Part shown: in pieces, positions 27,949 to 39,453 of the stretch | How positions within the stretch are numbered: position 1 is the stretch's first letter | How the letters are laid out: every line of letters begins with the position of its first letter | NCBI GenBank assembly: GCA_044892525.1 | Contig: CM097885.1 | Span: forward strand, 45,944,001-46,008,000 | From: Schmidtea polychroa | Taxonomy: Eukaryota | Length of the DNA stretch: 64,000 bases | Direction: 5' to 3' | Notes under the pieces: generated by a model | What the model was told of the DNA's origin: nothing | The model's input: the letters and a program-made list of their open reading frames with translations, nothing else | Database searches by the model: none | Translations under genes and position numbers: made by a program

Positions 27949-28901
27949 CTTCCTCTGTCACATAATACTGGATAGTTTTCGTTTCGTGTCCACGGATTAT
28001 GGCGAATATACGGCTCTACCTCAATATTTTTTTCTTGTGAGTTGAATTAATCATACGACTTTCTAAAAAACATCATTTACCATAAATATAACCGTATCTT
28101 ATTGTTTTATTTCATCATTATTTCATAAAAGGTCAAAAATTACAAAAATCTTTGTCCCATATTACTGGATAGTTTTCACAAAAAGCTTAAAATACTCTAT
28201 AATTTGTCAAGAACTAAAGAAAGCAACGATAATGTTAAACATATTTGTTCACATTTAGCAATGTTTAATTATTACTGGACATCCCCTATCATTTTGACAT
28301 TTCATTTTTGATTTTTTTTGTAAACACTATTTCAGCTTTTCGTCATAAAAGTTTAATTTTTTCAAATTTTTATCCATAAATTTGGAACGAAATAAACGTG
28401 AACTTTCCAATGAACAAAGAAGGCTAATAAACGAGGATTTGCTAAGTGAAAGTGACAACGGAATTCCATTGCAGCAAAATACCATATGAGTAATGATATA
28501 ACTCGTGATTCGTTGAATAAAGTTTCTTTATCTCTTCAAAATTGCATGATTGAAAGCATCAAAGTCAATAGAGGAAACAATTACAAGCAACCACATATGG
28601 CCAAGGATCGTCAAATAGATACCTGTATCTTTAGAAGTAAAAGCAGAAATATTAGCAAATGCTCTTTCCGTTCTAAATAAATAAAAAGTTTCATTCTCTT
28701 TTTAAAAATATAGCAATCACAAGTGACCACAACACAAATACATTTTTTATGCACTTATATAGCAGAACTACCATTTTTAAGAAATAAATTTATTAAAATA
28801 TATCAAATTTTTGACAAAATGAGATTTTTATAGAAACATATTTAGTAATATGGGACAGAATAAAACAGAGAAAACTATCCAGTATTATGGGACAGAGGGA
28901 G
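27949..28901 (+). mobile_element. Internally deleted Tc1/mariner element with Stowaway-like TIRs (DD39D-type)
   Basis: TA|cttcctctgtcacataatactggatagttttc ... gaaaactatccagtattatgggacagagggag|TA, with subterminal TIR copies at ~28153 and ~28845. The ORF fragment LNKVSLSLQNCMIESIKVNRGNNYKQPHMAK resembles the DD39D transposase C-terminus. Confidence 0.85.
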
Positions 28902-29810
28902 TAAACGTTTCCTGTCATTCATATACAGATGTACCATTTTAAGGGGAATTTTCTGGAATAAATTTCTCAGTTAATATGCGATGATTTGTGGTAATTTATC
29001 TATTAAATGACCTAATAGTAATTAATTTAGTATTTAATATGAAATATTTTTTTAAGAATAAAGAAAGATAGTTTGTACTAAAATATGAAAATCTTTTGAT
29101 TCCAGATTTCTGGATTAATTACTTTTTTGATTAAATCAAAAGATTATGAATCAACATGAAAATGTTGGTTTACGGCAAATTCATAGTGGGGAAATTCCTC
29201 GCAAATTCAAAAACTTTTAGTATCCTGGAAATTACAGATCTTGATATTTTTCATTTGACTTTTTGCATGGTTTATTAATTTTTATCAAAAATAATAAAAA
29301 AATAAATCTGAAAAATGTTTATTAATAGCATGCAAAAAAATCACTAAAAGTTAAAATTATGAGCTAAGCCGCGAAGGCAATCCATCCTGTCACGAATTAT
29401 CATAATCTCGAACAATACGTTTTATACGAAGACCACTGTCTCGGTAACGTTTTTGACGGTAGGAGTATTAATTCCATTGAATTTCCCAATGATGAATTTT
29501 CCCACGATGAATTGGCTAGTTTTTTGATTTCAATGTAGATAGCAAAATTTTAAATGAATTTATACAAATAAATATTTAATTTTAGCTACACGCGTCATGG
29601 TTCCCAGAAAGATAGAAATTTCTATGCAGATTAATTTATAAAACACAATTTGATTCAAATTTCTAGAAACATCTTCAAAAATCATGAACAATTTGATAAC
29701 TAAGACCTTTGTTTAAAGATTTTCTAATTTGTTTTGACGAAACCGTCAACATTTCCGCAATTTCCTTGCTTGATACATTCTAGGTGTATATTATTGTCTC
29801 CTGGCAACAG

Positions 29811-30273
29811 GTCTACTATTGAGACATGCACTCGTTATCACAAAGCTTGCACTGTCTATTTTAAAGTGTTAGACATCCGACAAAAATATTTTACACCCTT
29901 ACTCTTATAAATTAGACGCTAAAGGTAATCGGGTGCACTTGTAAACAGTTTTTGTGTATCGACTAATTTTTTAATCCGCACAAGTGAACATGATTTTCAT
30001 AGATTACAGCTTTTCTGTGACCAAGCTAAAAAGCAATCGATTTGGTTTTCAGTGTACCAGGGAAATTATGCAATAAAGTTGAAAAAACAATGTTGTATAC
30101 TTACCTGGGGCGAAGAGAAATCTTCGCGTTTCCTGCATAGTACTGATGAGAACCAAAAGTTCGAAACTAGTCTACTATTGGAACTTGCACTGGTTATCAC
30201 AAAGCTTAGGCTGTTTATTTTAAAATGTAAGACATCCGACAAAAAGATTTTACACCCTTATATTATTATAAAT
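29811..30273 (+). mobile_element. Retrozyme-like HHR element (family A): one 359-bp monomer plus ~100 bp of a second
   Basis: The direct repeat gtctactatt...cacaaagctt...gacatccgacaaaaa..ttttacaccctta starts at 29811 and 30170. The unit contains a canonical HHR and no ORF. Confidence 0.85.
30137..30178 (+). ncRNA. Canonical type I hammerhead ribozyme (family A)
   Basis: ATAGTA-CTGATGA-GAAC(caaaa)GTTC-GAAA-CTAG-TC-TACTAT; predicted cleavage after 30172. Confidence 0.95.
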
Positions 30274-31729
30274 ACGTCATATACATGCACCGCCCAGAAT
30301 TTAGCTTAAAATGAAAAAATATTCTGATTAAAAAACACAAGTAATCAAATTTATTAAACATACCAAATAGCACAGAAAAACTATATCTAAAAATAATAAT
30401 AAACTAACTAACTAAAACAGTAAACTAACCAATAGAAACAAAAAGTTGAAAATACACAAAAGTGCAATTGAAGATAGGCGTATGTGACATTGATTTAAAG
30501 ATTCAATAATATAAATAAAATGTATGTTTGTGTTCCATAGTCAAAACTGATATTCAATTAAATTCATGATATTAAATAATGACTTACATTATAGGCGGAT
30601 GGAAAAATGTACTGTTGGGAAAAAAATAATTATGTGTACAAAAGCACGGTTCACAATATCTATAATAAAAATTACACAATAAGATTTTGAAGAAAACTCG
30701 GGATATTTAAATAACTCCAAATTTTTTAATTTTAAAGCAATTAGAAATGAATATACATATATAAAGATATTTCTGATGCTTATCCATTTTTAAACCCCAT
30801 CAAAAGTGTATTTAGTAAAATTAAAAATGTAGAAAAGTATATAGTTTACTTAGCTCATGGATTTAGCAGAATGAGCTTCAATGATAGATTTTTTGCAATA
30901 TGCCAAGCAGTTAATGAAGAATTTCATACACCAGATTATAGTAATTTGAGAAATTACTATCATCGCATTAAAAAGTTCTACCCTAAATGTATAATGAAAC
31001 AATAAGAGATATGTGAAGATTTTGTCTATAAAAATTTTATCATAAAGTCTGAAAAGGTAGTCTATAATCAATAAATTATATTATAAAATATATATAAAAA
31101 ACTGACCTGTGTACTAAAAATTCATTTACAGTTACACCTGATAATTTATTATAGAATTCCATAAAAAGTAGAAAATTAATGAAACATAGAAACACGATGA
31201 GACAAATTTCTATAATAGATCAAACATAAAAACAAACGATAAAATACAACACTTAAAAAATACACCCATTTTAAGGAAATGTTTGTTAAAATTATGGTTA
31301 AAAATCATTTAAATCATAATTTAAAAATTATTTTACAAAATCTTTGATTAAATATTAAATTATGAGTGGTTTATAAATTTTTAAATTTTAATATTTATTT
31401 AATTATTTAATAAATTTAAAAATTAAAGGTAATTTAAAATGTTAAATTTCCATAATTTCTTATAAAATCTTGACAATAATTTGTTGTCAGTTATAACTCA
31501 TTTTCCTTTGGATGCAAATCCTGCAAACACACGCAATAAAACTTTTATCCATTGCAACGCGGTGTATATTTTAAATATTGTGTGTATCATGGTAGTATTT
31601 TGACATCGCTCAGAATATTATTGAATTTTCCAAATTTTTTTCGAAGTTATGTTTATATAATTATAATATATATTTTGAAAATCGTATGATTGTTTTAAAA
31701 TGAATAAAAATAAGAATTTTAACAATCTT

Positions 31730-32580
31730 AATATGACAACCAAGCCAATGGTTCAATTTATCATGCCACTTGAAATTTCCAACATTGGAGATGATAGAGA
31801 AAAATCCTTCGAAAAAATATAAAAATTCTTCGAACTAACGTGGACGGCCGAAGAACAGCGTAGTATTTTCATAGAAGTTTTTAGAAAATATGATGTGACA
31901 AATATTGAAGAAAATCACAGAATGTAAACAGCATTCGTGAAATGGGCAACTTAGCAAGTGATTTTAATGCTGCTTCCGTTTGCAGACCAGGATCGAATTC
32001 ATGTTTGATTTTTCTAGACAAATAGAAAGGTATGTTAAAATTATTCTGAGGTAAAATCTATATGAAGAAAATTAGAAGATATTTTTATACAAAATTCGCT
32101 AAATGGTCCAGATGTAAAAAGATATAAAACATTCTTGGTCTAAAAACTGTTGATGAAGTCAGGGAAAATATTTTAAAAAACGATAAAGTGAAATAAGAAA
32201 TGGAGACAGAAAATATCGTAACTATTCAGCATCAGAATCAATTAAAAAATTATGAACAAGTCGCAAGATCAAGCTTGGAACAAAAGTAGACCAGAGAATA
32301 ACCAATACGATAAAGGTTTCAATCAAAACGTTTTAGAGTTGCTGAAGTTCCAACAGCAATACCAGAAAAGAAAGTAAAAGTTCAAGTTACAAATAAAATA
32401 AGATATTAACAAAATCAAACCAGCAATCAATTTAAAAATAGATGATTTCAAAGAATAATTGACCAATCAAAAAAATGTTGAGCTCGCAGAGAAATGAAAT
32501 TAGTACCAGTTGTTCATATATGACGTGCAATCATTTTTTTAAAAAGTGGTCATTTTTAATATAAATGCTACGAGATGGAT
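31730..32580 (+). mobile_element. Possible decayed LTR-retrotransposon gag region
   Basis: Broken frame MTTKPMVQFIMPLEISNIGDDREKSFEKI*KFFELT and a possible CCHC knuckle remnant (K.GHF...C) near 32525-32570. Confidence 0.3.
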
Positions 32581-33289
32581 GAAAAGATTAGATATTCGAA
32601 TAACATTTAATAGCAATTGGAGAAAATTTCGATCATCAGATGAAAGGCGAAGACCCAAACAAATACTCTCTATCTTTAAGAGAAGTGATTATGGCAATCC
32701 ATTAATTGTAAGTAATGGTTAGAGCAGTGTTTCTAAAACGGTGTGCCACGAGGTTGAGCCAGTGTGCCACGAGAATTTTTTTCCCAAAAAAGTTAGTAAT
32801 AAAAAAATTTACAAAAACTATATTATGAGGAATTTGAACGATTCTTAAAGATTAATTAGAAATTTTGTTAAAATTTAAAATATATTTTTATTGAAAAATA
32901 TTTTAAAAAGAAGACCGAAATTTATCATTTTTAAAAACTATTTTTATCAAAAAGTATTTTAAGGAAAACTGAAATTTGTTTAAATAACAAAAATAAGAAG
33001 AGACATGTTTTTGAGTATACAATTTATTAAATAAAATTTATGGAATTATTTAGTGATTTGAAAACGGATATCAATGTTCTCACGGATGAGAATCCTAATA
33101 TATATCAAGCTTTTTACTATGAAAAAGTCGCTTCTGTGGATCAAAATAACAATGAATTGTCTTTATTACCTTATAAAAATCTCTCGTAATCATATTTAAT
33201 TAGTATAGACTAAAAAGTAGCTTTTTTATATATCTTAAATAAACACGGTAAAGACTTTATTAATAAAAATCGCCATTTGTACATCTTTT

Positions 33290-33330
33290 TCACTATATAT
33301 TTCGATAGCATCACTATCATCATCAGGTTA
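33290..33330 (-). ncRNA. Minimal hammerhead ribozyme (family B)
   Basis: Minus strand: taac-CTGATGA-t-GATAG(tgatg)CTATC-GAAA-tata-TA-gtga. The core is intact and helix I is weak. Confidence 0.7.
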
Positions 33331-33637
33331 CTGACTATATCCCATTCGAAACTTTAAACGCAGCCTGGAAACATTTCCTAAAAGCAGACACAAATCCTTC
33401 CTACAAAAACCATTCATTTCTTCATCACTAGATACATGTAAATACGTGTGGTTACAACACACCACGTGCAGCTTCGATATATCGGACCATATAACGTTAT
33501 ATCCGTCAGAGAAGACAATACTGTTACAATTTTACGCTAAAAAAATGAAGTTGTAGTAAACATTGAAAAAGTAAAACCCGCCGACGGGTTCTATGACAAG
33601 GTTAAGTATGCAAAAAAACTAACAGGATACAAAACCA

Positions 33638-34578
33638 TAGGGCGCTTCAAGCAGGCGTGCAACGCGTACGTTGCACACAGGCAACCGTTTGAAAGGGCGT
33701 CAATTTTAAAATAAAAACCATTTGCAAAAAAAAATTTATTTTGTAAATTAAAAAGAAAATTACAACTATTTTGTCATTGAACGCACTCCAGCTTAATTTT
33801 CATATATCTGTCATTATCTTGTCAAAGTCATTTAGTGTTTTAATTTTTGAACCAAATCAACATTTCAAGTTTTAAAATTTATATATTTATCTTTACTAGA
33901 ATTTTATTCACATCACCAATCTCTGTTGCAACAGGTAAAAGATCGTTTACAAAATTAAATATAATTAAAAATTATTTAAGATCAACTATGCTCCAGGAAC
34001 GTCTAAGTAATATATCAATAATTTCAAATTGAACATGAAATCCTAGATAATTTAGAAAATTATCAAGAAGCTAAAATGTCAAATGAATATAGCAGTGCCA
34101 AAATTGGCTCAATGACTAAGTTAAATTATAAATTATCGTAGAAGAGATTGATTTAAACAATAACACATTGAAACTGTTTCATATACACACAGAAACAATT
34201 AGTGAAAATCTTACAAAAATTTGTGAATGATTAACATTGCTGCGTACATTTATCTAAAGACATAAAAAACATTGAGCCAATTTTGGCAGTTACTGACATG
34301 ACTTAATTTCAGAATTTGCTTTGAACAAGGCAAGAAAAGTTTCTTTTTCGTGAGTAGTAAACTATTAATTTCATAAACATTCAATTTTTTGTGTGTACTA
34401 AACTATAACTTTCCTAAACTTCTCTGTTTTGTGATTAATAAACTATATTTTTCATAAACTATTGCATGTGACATGTATCTTATTCCGTAAAATGTTATTC
34501 CGTAATTAAAATGTAAGGGCAGGGAATAGCAGGAAATTATTTTGCACGCAAGCGGCCTAACAGATTGGCGCACCTCTG
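33638..34578 (+). mobile_element. Non-autonomous hAT element carrying a dimerisation-domain fragment
   Basis: ORF 33847 reads RILFTSPISVATGKRSFTKLNIIKNYLRSTMLQERLSNISIIS. GC-rich termini tagggcgc../..gcgcacctctg; near-identical 8-bp TSD caaaacca/cgaaacca. Confidence 0.8.
34096..34288. mobile_element. Small MITE nested in the hAT element
   Basis: Perfect 19-bp inverted repeat tgccaaaattggctcaatg at 34096-34114 / 34270-34288. Confidence 0.65.
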
Positions 34579-35457
34579 CGAAACCATAGACAAAGAAGAA
34601 TCCAATACCCAGACTTAAAACTTCATTACATCCATTATTCAAAGTTAGGAACCTTACACGCAAAACGCACGTGTCTTTCTCCCAATAGTCTGAAATGCAA
34701 CGTGCAGTCCCTTCAAAAAATAATCCACATTTATTGATAAGTACAAAGACTAAAAAAGGTGGGAAAGGCTATGTGTTGGTCACAATAACAGAATGATCAT
34801 ACAATTTATTATTATTTATACGATAATAAAATATTAAAAATTAAATATTATATTAAGTAATTAAAATATATTTGTTTTTTATACACTTTAATTTTAGTTT
34901 CCGAAATTGAAATTAAAGTTGCTGAAGAAATCAAATCATCAGAAATAGTTACTGAACTTGAAGAAACCGAACAAATCGATCAAGGTCAATTAACAAATTT
35001 CAAAATACTAAGGCATAAAATATTTTAGTATACGAATCCCCGATATCGTGGTATGATTTTTTTTAAAGTTTGGCCAGCACAGCTGCCCATTATACATTGT
35101 TGAACGTCTGGTCCAAAATTCGTGGCCAGCATGGCTGGCCTACCGTCCGCAAACGGTTAAATTAAATAGAATGAAATTACAAATCTAATGAATTTATTTA
35201 TCACCAAGTGACAGAAGTGAAAATACAAAGTGCGTTTTACTTTTTTTATATATTGATAAAAATGATTAATAAGATTTATATTTGTAATTTTATTATTGTT
35301 TGTAATAAATAACATACACCTCAATTGTCCTTACATTGATTATTGAGTGACCCTTTTGGGCCCTACAGTTCTTCCGCAACACATTGTACTAAGCAATTAT
35401 TAATAATAAAATACAACATCCTGAATACATACCCATAAAAAAATTATATTTTAACAT

Positions 35458-36287
35458 ATTAACGCCACCAAAGCTACAGATTGGCGGTTTTTAATCATAA
35501 AAATACTTTATTTAAAAACAAAGTAGTCAATCGGATTTCGGTGGAAAATGGGCCGATGTAGAGTTTAACATGGATTTAAAACAGTCTCTATTTTCTTTCA
35601 TATGTAGCCATGTGAACTCTGATAAATAACATTCCAAATAATGTCTTGCTGTTTCCCTATGTCTCTTGTTCCTCCATTTAGCACTGCCCACATTCTCTCA
35701 ACAATCGAATCTTTTGTTTCTCTACATATAACACAAACATCTACTGTTCGGGTAATACTCGTCCACAATTATTTTTACGTTTAGTAAACAAACTTTCATC
35801 AATTTCCACAATGCAATCTGGTCCACCTACCTTCTTGTTTGGTTTATTCTCCATATCCGAGACACATAATTCACGCATGTAATTGTTCCAATCTGTAACA
35901 GTTTTATTCGATAAATCAAGTTGCTTTTCACAAAATTTTATCGACGTCAACTCCTTGCACTAGCAGTATATGAATCTCAAAGCTTTCCTCAAACCAGTTG
36001 TCTTTTCTAAGTCCCACTTGCTGATCACATTGTCTTAAATTACTTTTCAAAACTTACGTTTACCAAAGTAAAATTTCATGTCATGGGAATTGGTAAATTT
36101 TCGTTTTTTGGTAAAGTATTTCGCTCCTGAAAAAATAAAATTGCATCTTGTTCTGTTTTTGGCAAATCCCAAATACGCATTTCGTAGCACTAAAAAATGG
36201 CGTCAAAAATCAGCAAACAACAAGGCAACAAAGAATCAAAGCAACAAAGAACAACATGATTGCTGTGGCGTTAATCCGTAAGTACCC
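35458..36287 (-). mobile_element. Merlin (IS1016/ISXO2-like) DNA transposon remnant
   Basis: TVTDWNNYMRELC...KVGGPDCIVEIDESLFTKRKNNCGRVLPEQ and downstream AKWRNKRHR.TARHYLECYLSEF; inverted attaacgccac/gtggcgttaat near both ends. Confidence 0.85.
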
Positions 36288-37774
36288 AAAACATTGTGAC
36301 AACCAATGCATGTGAAAACCAACTCATGTGACAACTAGCCTTTGACTCTCCTAGCCCAAAAGAACATCAACAATGAAAATTAAAACCAATTTTCAATGAA
36401 CACTCAAATTTAGAAACAATTTTTTCTCAGCTATTTGCAATAAAGGTGATGCTTTTTGTTTACAATGATCTTTGCAATCAGCCGTTATGAGTCGTTTGTG
36501 ACATTGGAAGTATATTTGCCATGAACAGAACGAAATTGTATTTGCTTATTAGTACAAATATTTTGCCGTCATAAATAAAAATAAGAGTGAAAAACGTAAG
36601 TGCTTTTATTCTATTTTGTAATAGCTTCGGCTTCGCTTGGGATTTGAAAACATATGTAATAGGGATTATATTTATTAAAAAATATTTAAAAATTGTAGAA
36701 ATTGCGGATGGGAGATCAAAAATTGCAAAATAATTTGATATTCTGGAGACTCTTGTAAAAATAATGATGCACATATGTTTAGATCATTAAAGGTCCAAGG
36801 AAATTATTTTTTAGTTTTTTCATCCTATCCTGTGTTGTTTTTTTTTCATAAATTTTTTTTATTTTAAAAGAAAGCTCACGTGTTTATTTCAATATTCAGA
36901 TATTGTTGTACATGTTTTCAATATTTTGACTTTAAATGTAAAGAGTGCATTGCAGGAAAAACATCTTTCATGAGATTTGTTTGGAAAGGAAAATAAGATA
37001 TGTTTTAAAGTTTTCCTTAAATTGGGTATAGTTTTATTTCAGTGAATTTTATAAAAAATAACAAACCCTATCAAAACTAATAAAACTAAATAACTAGGCC
37101 AAAAAATTTCGTGATGTGCAGAGAAACGCAACATTACTGGGCTTATTGAAAAGAAGTTTTCCTAGTTATAAACTCTTCTACCGCGTAGTTTGAAACAAAA
37201 AGATGAAATTACAACGACATTTTCATTGATTGGATACGAAATTTACAAAAAATAAATCATCAATTGAGTTGCGTTTTTCAGTTTGCGTTGATTTGCTCCA
37301 GATGTTTATTAATTGATATTTAGTTTAAGTTCGTAAGTAATTTATTTTCCCCAAATGTATTTGTGAATTTGTATTGAATTTTTGTTGAGATTCATTTGAG
37401 GTTGGAGCATTGAAGGTTTCCACTTTATTTTTTAAATTTAATCTAGAAAAAAAATCTAGAAACGAAAATGAGTCGTTAAACAGTTTTCGCTTCCAAAATG
37501 AAACCAATTTACCAATAAATATCTGGAATTTTATCTCAAGAACAAACAAGTTGGCCAACCTTGCTCTAAAGATATTCTTAAGGATGATTACAATCGAATA
37601 TGAAACATTAATTAATAATTTTTTTCTTTTAAATTACCTTAGTGATGGATGACGATATGGAATTGCGATATTTGCCGACAGATTGTTGGAAATGCTGAAC
37701 TGATGATAAATGATGCCCTTCCAACCGAGTAGTAGCTCCCTGGAGCACGACCATCCGGTAAATATGAATATTAA

Positions 37775-38357
37775 CCCCTTTACCGTCAACTTCTTTTTCT
37801 GAAATCGACTCTTAATTGGCGACTTTATTTGCGGCTATAAAAAAATTAATCTTTTAATTATTTTTCAAACATCTTTATCAACAATAACGAACAACTAATA
37901 ACGAATAACAGTTAACTAATTAATAACAAATAAAGCAGTTTTTAGTATTGTTGTAAAGTAATGAGTAGTGCATAACAAGGTACTGAATAAGATGAACAGT
38001 TGTTTTGCAAGTTTTTGTGTCTTTTGCTCCAACCTTTTGTAAGAATTTTTTTGTATTGTCTTCAATTTTATTTATCTGACACACTAGAACCGCATGATAA
38101 TAGTTGTTGTGATGATTTAGCCTATAGCGATAGGGTAATACAGCTACATTGAGGTTTGAAACGTTTTCTGAGATTTCATGGGAAATGTTTTTTGTATAAT
38201 TTTTTATTTTGGTTTATTATGGTTTGATGTTTCTAAATGACCTAGAACGACTTATTTACGTTTAGCCGAGTATACTCGGGTCTACCGTGCTGCAGTACGC
38301 TTTCAAATATATAAAACGAGTTAACTCTGGTCTACCGGTTATCAGCCGGTAAAGGGG
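37775..38357. mobile_element. Non-autonomous piggyBac element
   Basis: TTAA|cccctttaccg ... cggtaaagggg|TTAA. Confidence 0.85.
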
Positions 38358-38618
38358 TTAAAACAATGTATATTTTATTTTGTGTTCAATTATTAAATTG
38401 ATAAAAGTGGAAGTCAGAACTTTAACAATAATAAAAAAGCAAAATTAAGTACAATTAATATTGTATGGGGGAAACGGTATGATTGAATGTCAAATCATGA
38501 AGCAAACCCAAAAAGAAAAAAATAGTGGGGGATCCCTAACAAAAGTATTTAAAATGAATTTTCTAATGGGAAACCCGAGCGGTGTAAACATCCCAGCTAG
38601 GCGAGAACTCCAGTAGCG

Positions 38619-38724
<106 letters not shown>

Positions 38725-38893
38725 TGGTTTTCTAAATTTTCCATTGTTTTTTTGAATTCTAGATTTATTTTGGTTGTTTTGTCGGATTTTCTTGGAATTT
38801 GGATTTAGTTTCTGCTGCTTTCGGGACATGTGGTTTTATTTGTCTTAAATTTTAATTGGAAAATAAAAGTTTCTGGATTTTTTGATTTCTATA

Positions 38894-39050
38894 ATGAATA
38901 AAAGGGAATTTAATGAACGTGTTAAATGGTTTAACTCAAAGAATGGATACCGATTCATTATTGTTGACAATGATAGTAGCTCTGACGTTATCTTTGTTCA
39001 TTTTAAATCTATCGTATCCGCCAATGCAATTTCAATAACTGATGGAGAAG
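38894..39050 (+). pseudogene. Cold-shock domain (Y-box/Lin28/CSP-like) gene fragment
   Basis: RVKWFNSKNGYRFII......DVIFVHFKSI matches the CSD RNP1/RNP2 consensus GxVKWFNxxxGYGFI...DxFVHxSxI. Confidence 0.8.
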
Positions 39051-39068
39051 TTCTCTGGTATTCCTAAA

Positions 39069-39453
39069 GCAGACAAAGGATGCAGTTTTATAACTACTGT
39101 TGAAAAAGAAATTGTTCGAGATATAAAAGATAAACTGTGTTACATTACCTTTGAATTTGAGCAAGAAATCCAAGCTGCTGCCTCTTCATCGTCACTTGAA
39201 AAAAGTTATGAATTACCAGATTGTCAAGTTTTTACCATTGGAAATGAAATATTCAGATGTTAAAAAGATTTATTTCAATAATCATTCTTGAGAATGGAGA
39301 CTGTTGGTATTCTTGGGATGACATATAAGAGCATGATGAAATGAGATGTGGATATTCGTATATAATTATATAGCTATACAGTTTTATCAAGTGGTTCGAC
39401 AATGTACTCTAATGTTGCTGATCGTATGCATAAAGATATATCAACTTTGGTTC
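39069..39453 (+). pseudogene. Actin gene fragment (approx. residues 195-320) with multiple stops
   Basis: [69 protein letters not shown]...TYKSMMK*DVDIR...TVLSSGSTMYSNVADRMHKDISTL; no intron seen. Confidence 0.95.

Larger units (their letters stand above)
33335..34790 (+). mobile_element. Gypsy integrase C-terminus/3' end remnant, interrupted by a hAT insertion
   Basis: SLDTCKYVWLQH...YIGPYNVISVREDNTVTILR*KNEVVVNIEKVKPA is a GPY/F module. A purine-rich aaaaaaggtgggaaagg followed by tatgtgttgg near 34752-34780 looks like a PPT and LTR start. Confidence 0.6.

Noticed and set aside
30097..30260. A bona fide U1 snRNA gene
   Set aside because: Only the first 12-13 nt match; no U1 stem-loop I/II loop sequences or Sm site were recognised.
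36600..37660. Possible hAT (Buster/SCAND3-like) transposase remnant
   Set aside because: Only weak partial motifs and no clear termini.
39042..39263. Functional actin gene exon
   Set aside because: In-frame stops follow, conserved residues are substituted, and no other actin exons are nearby.
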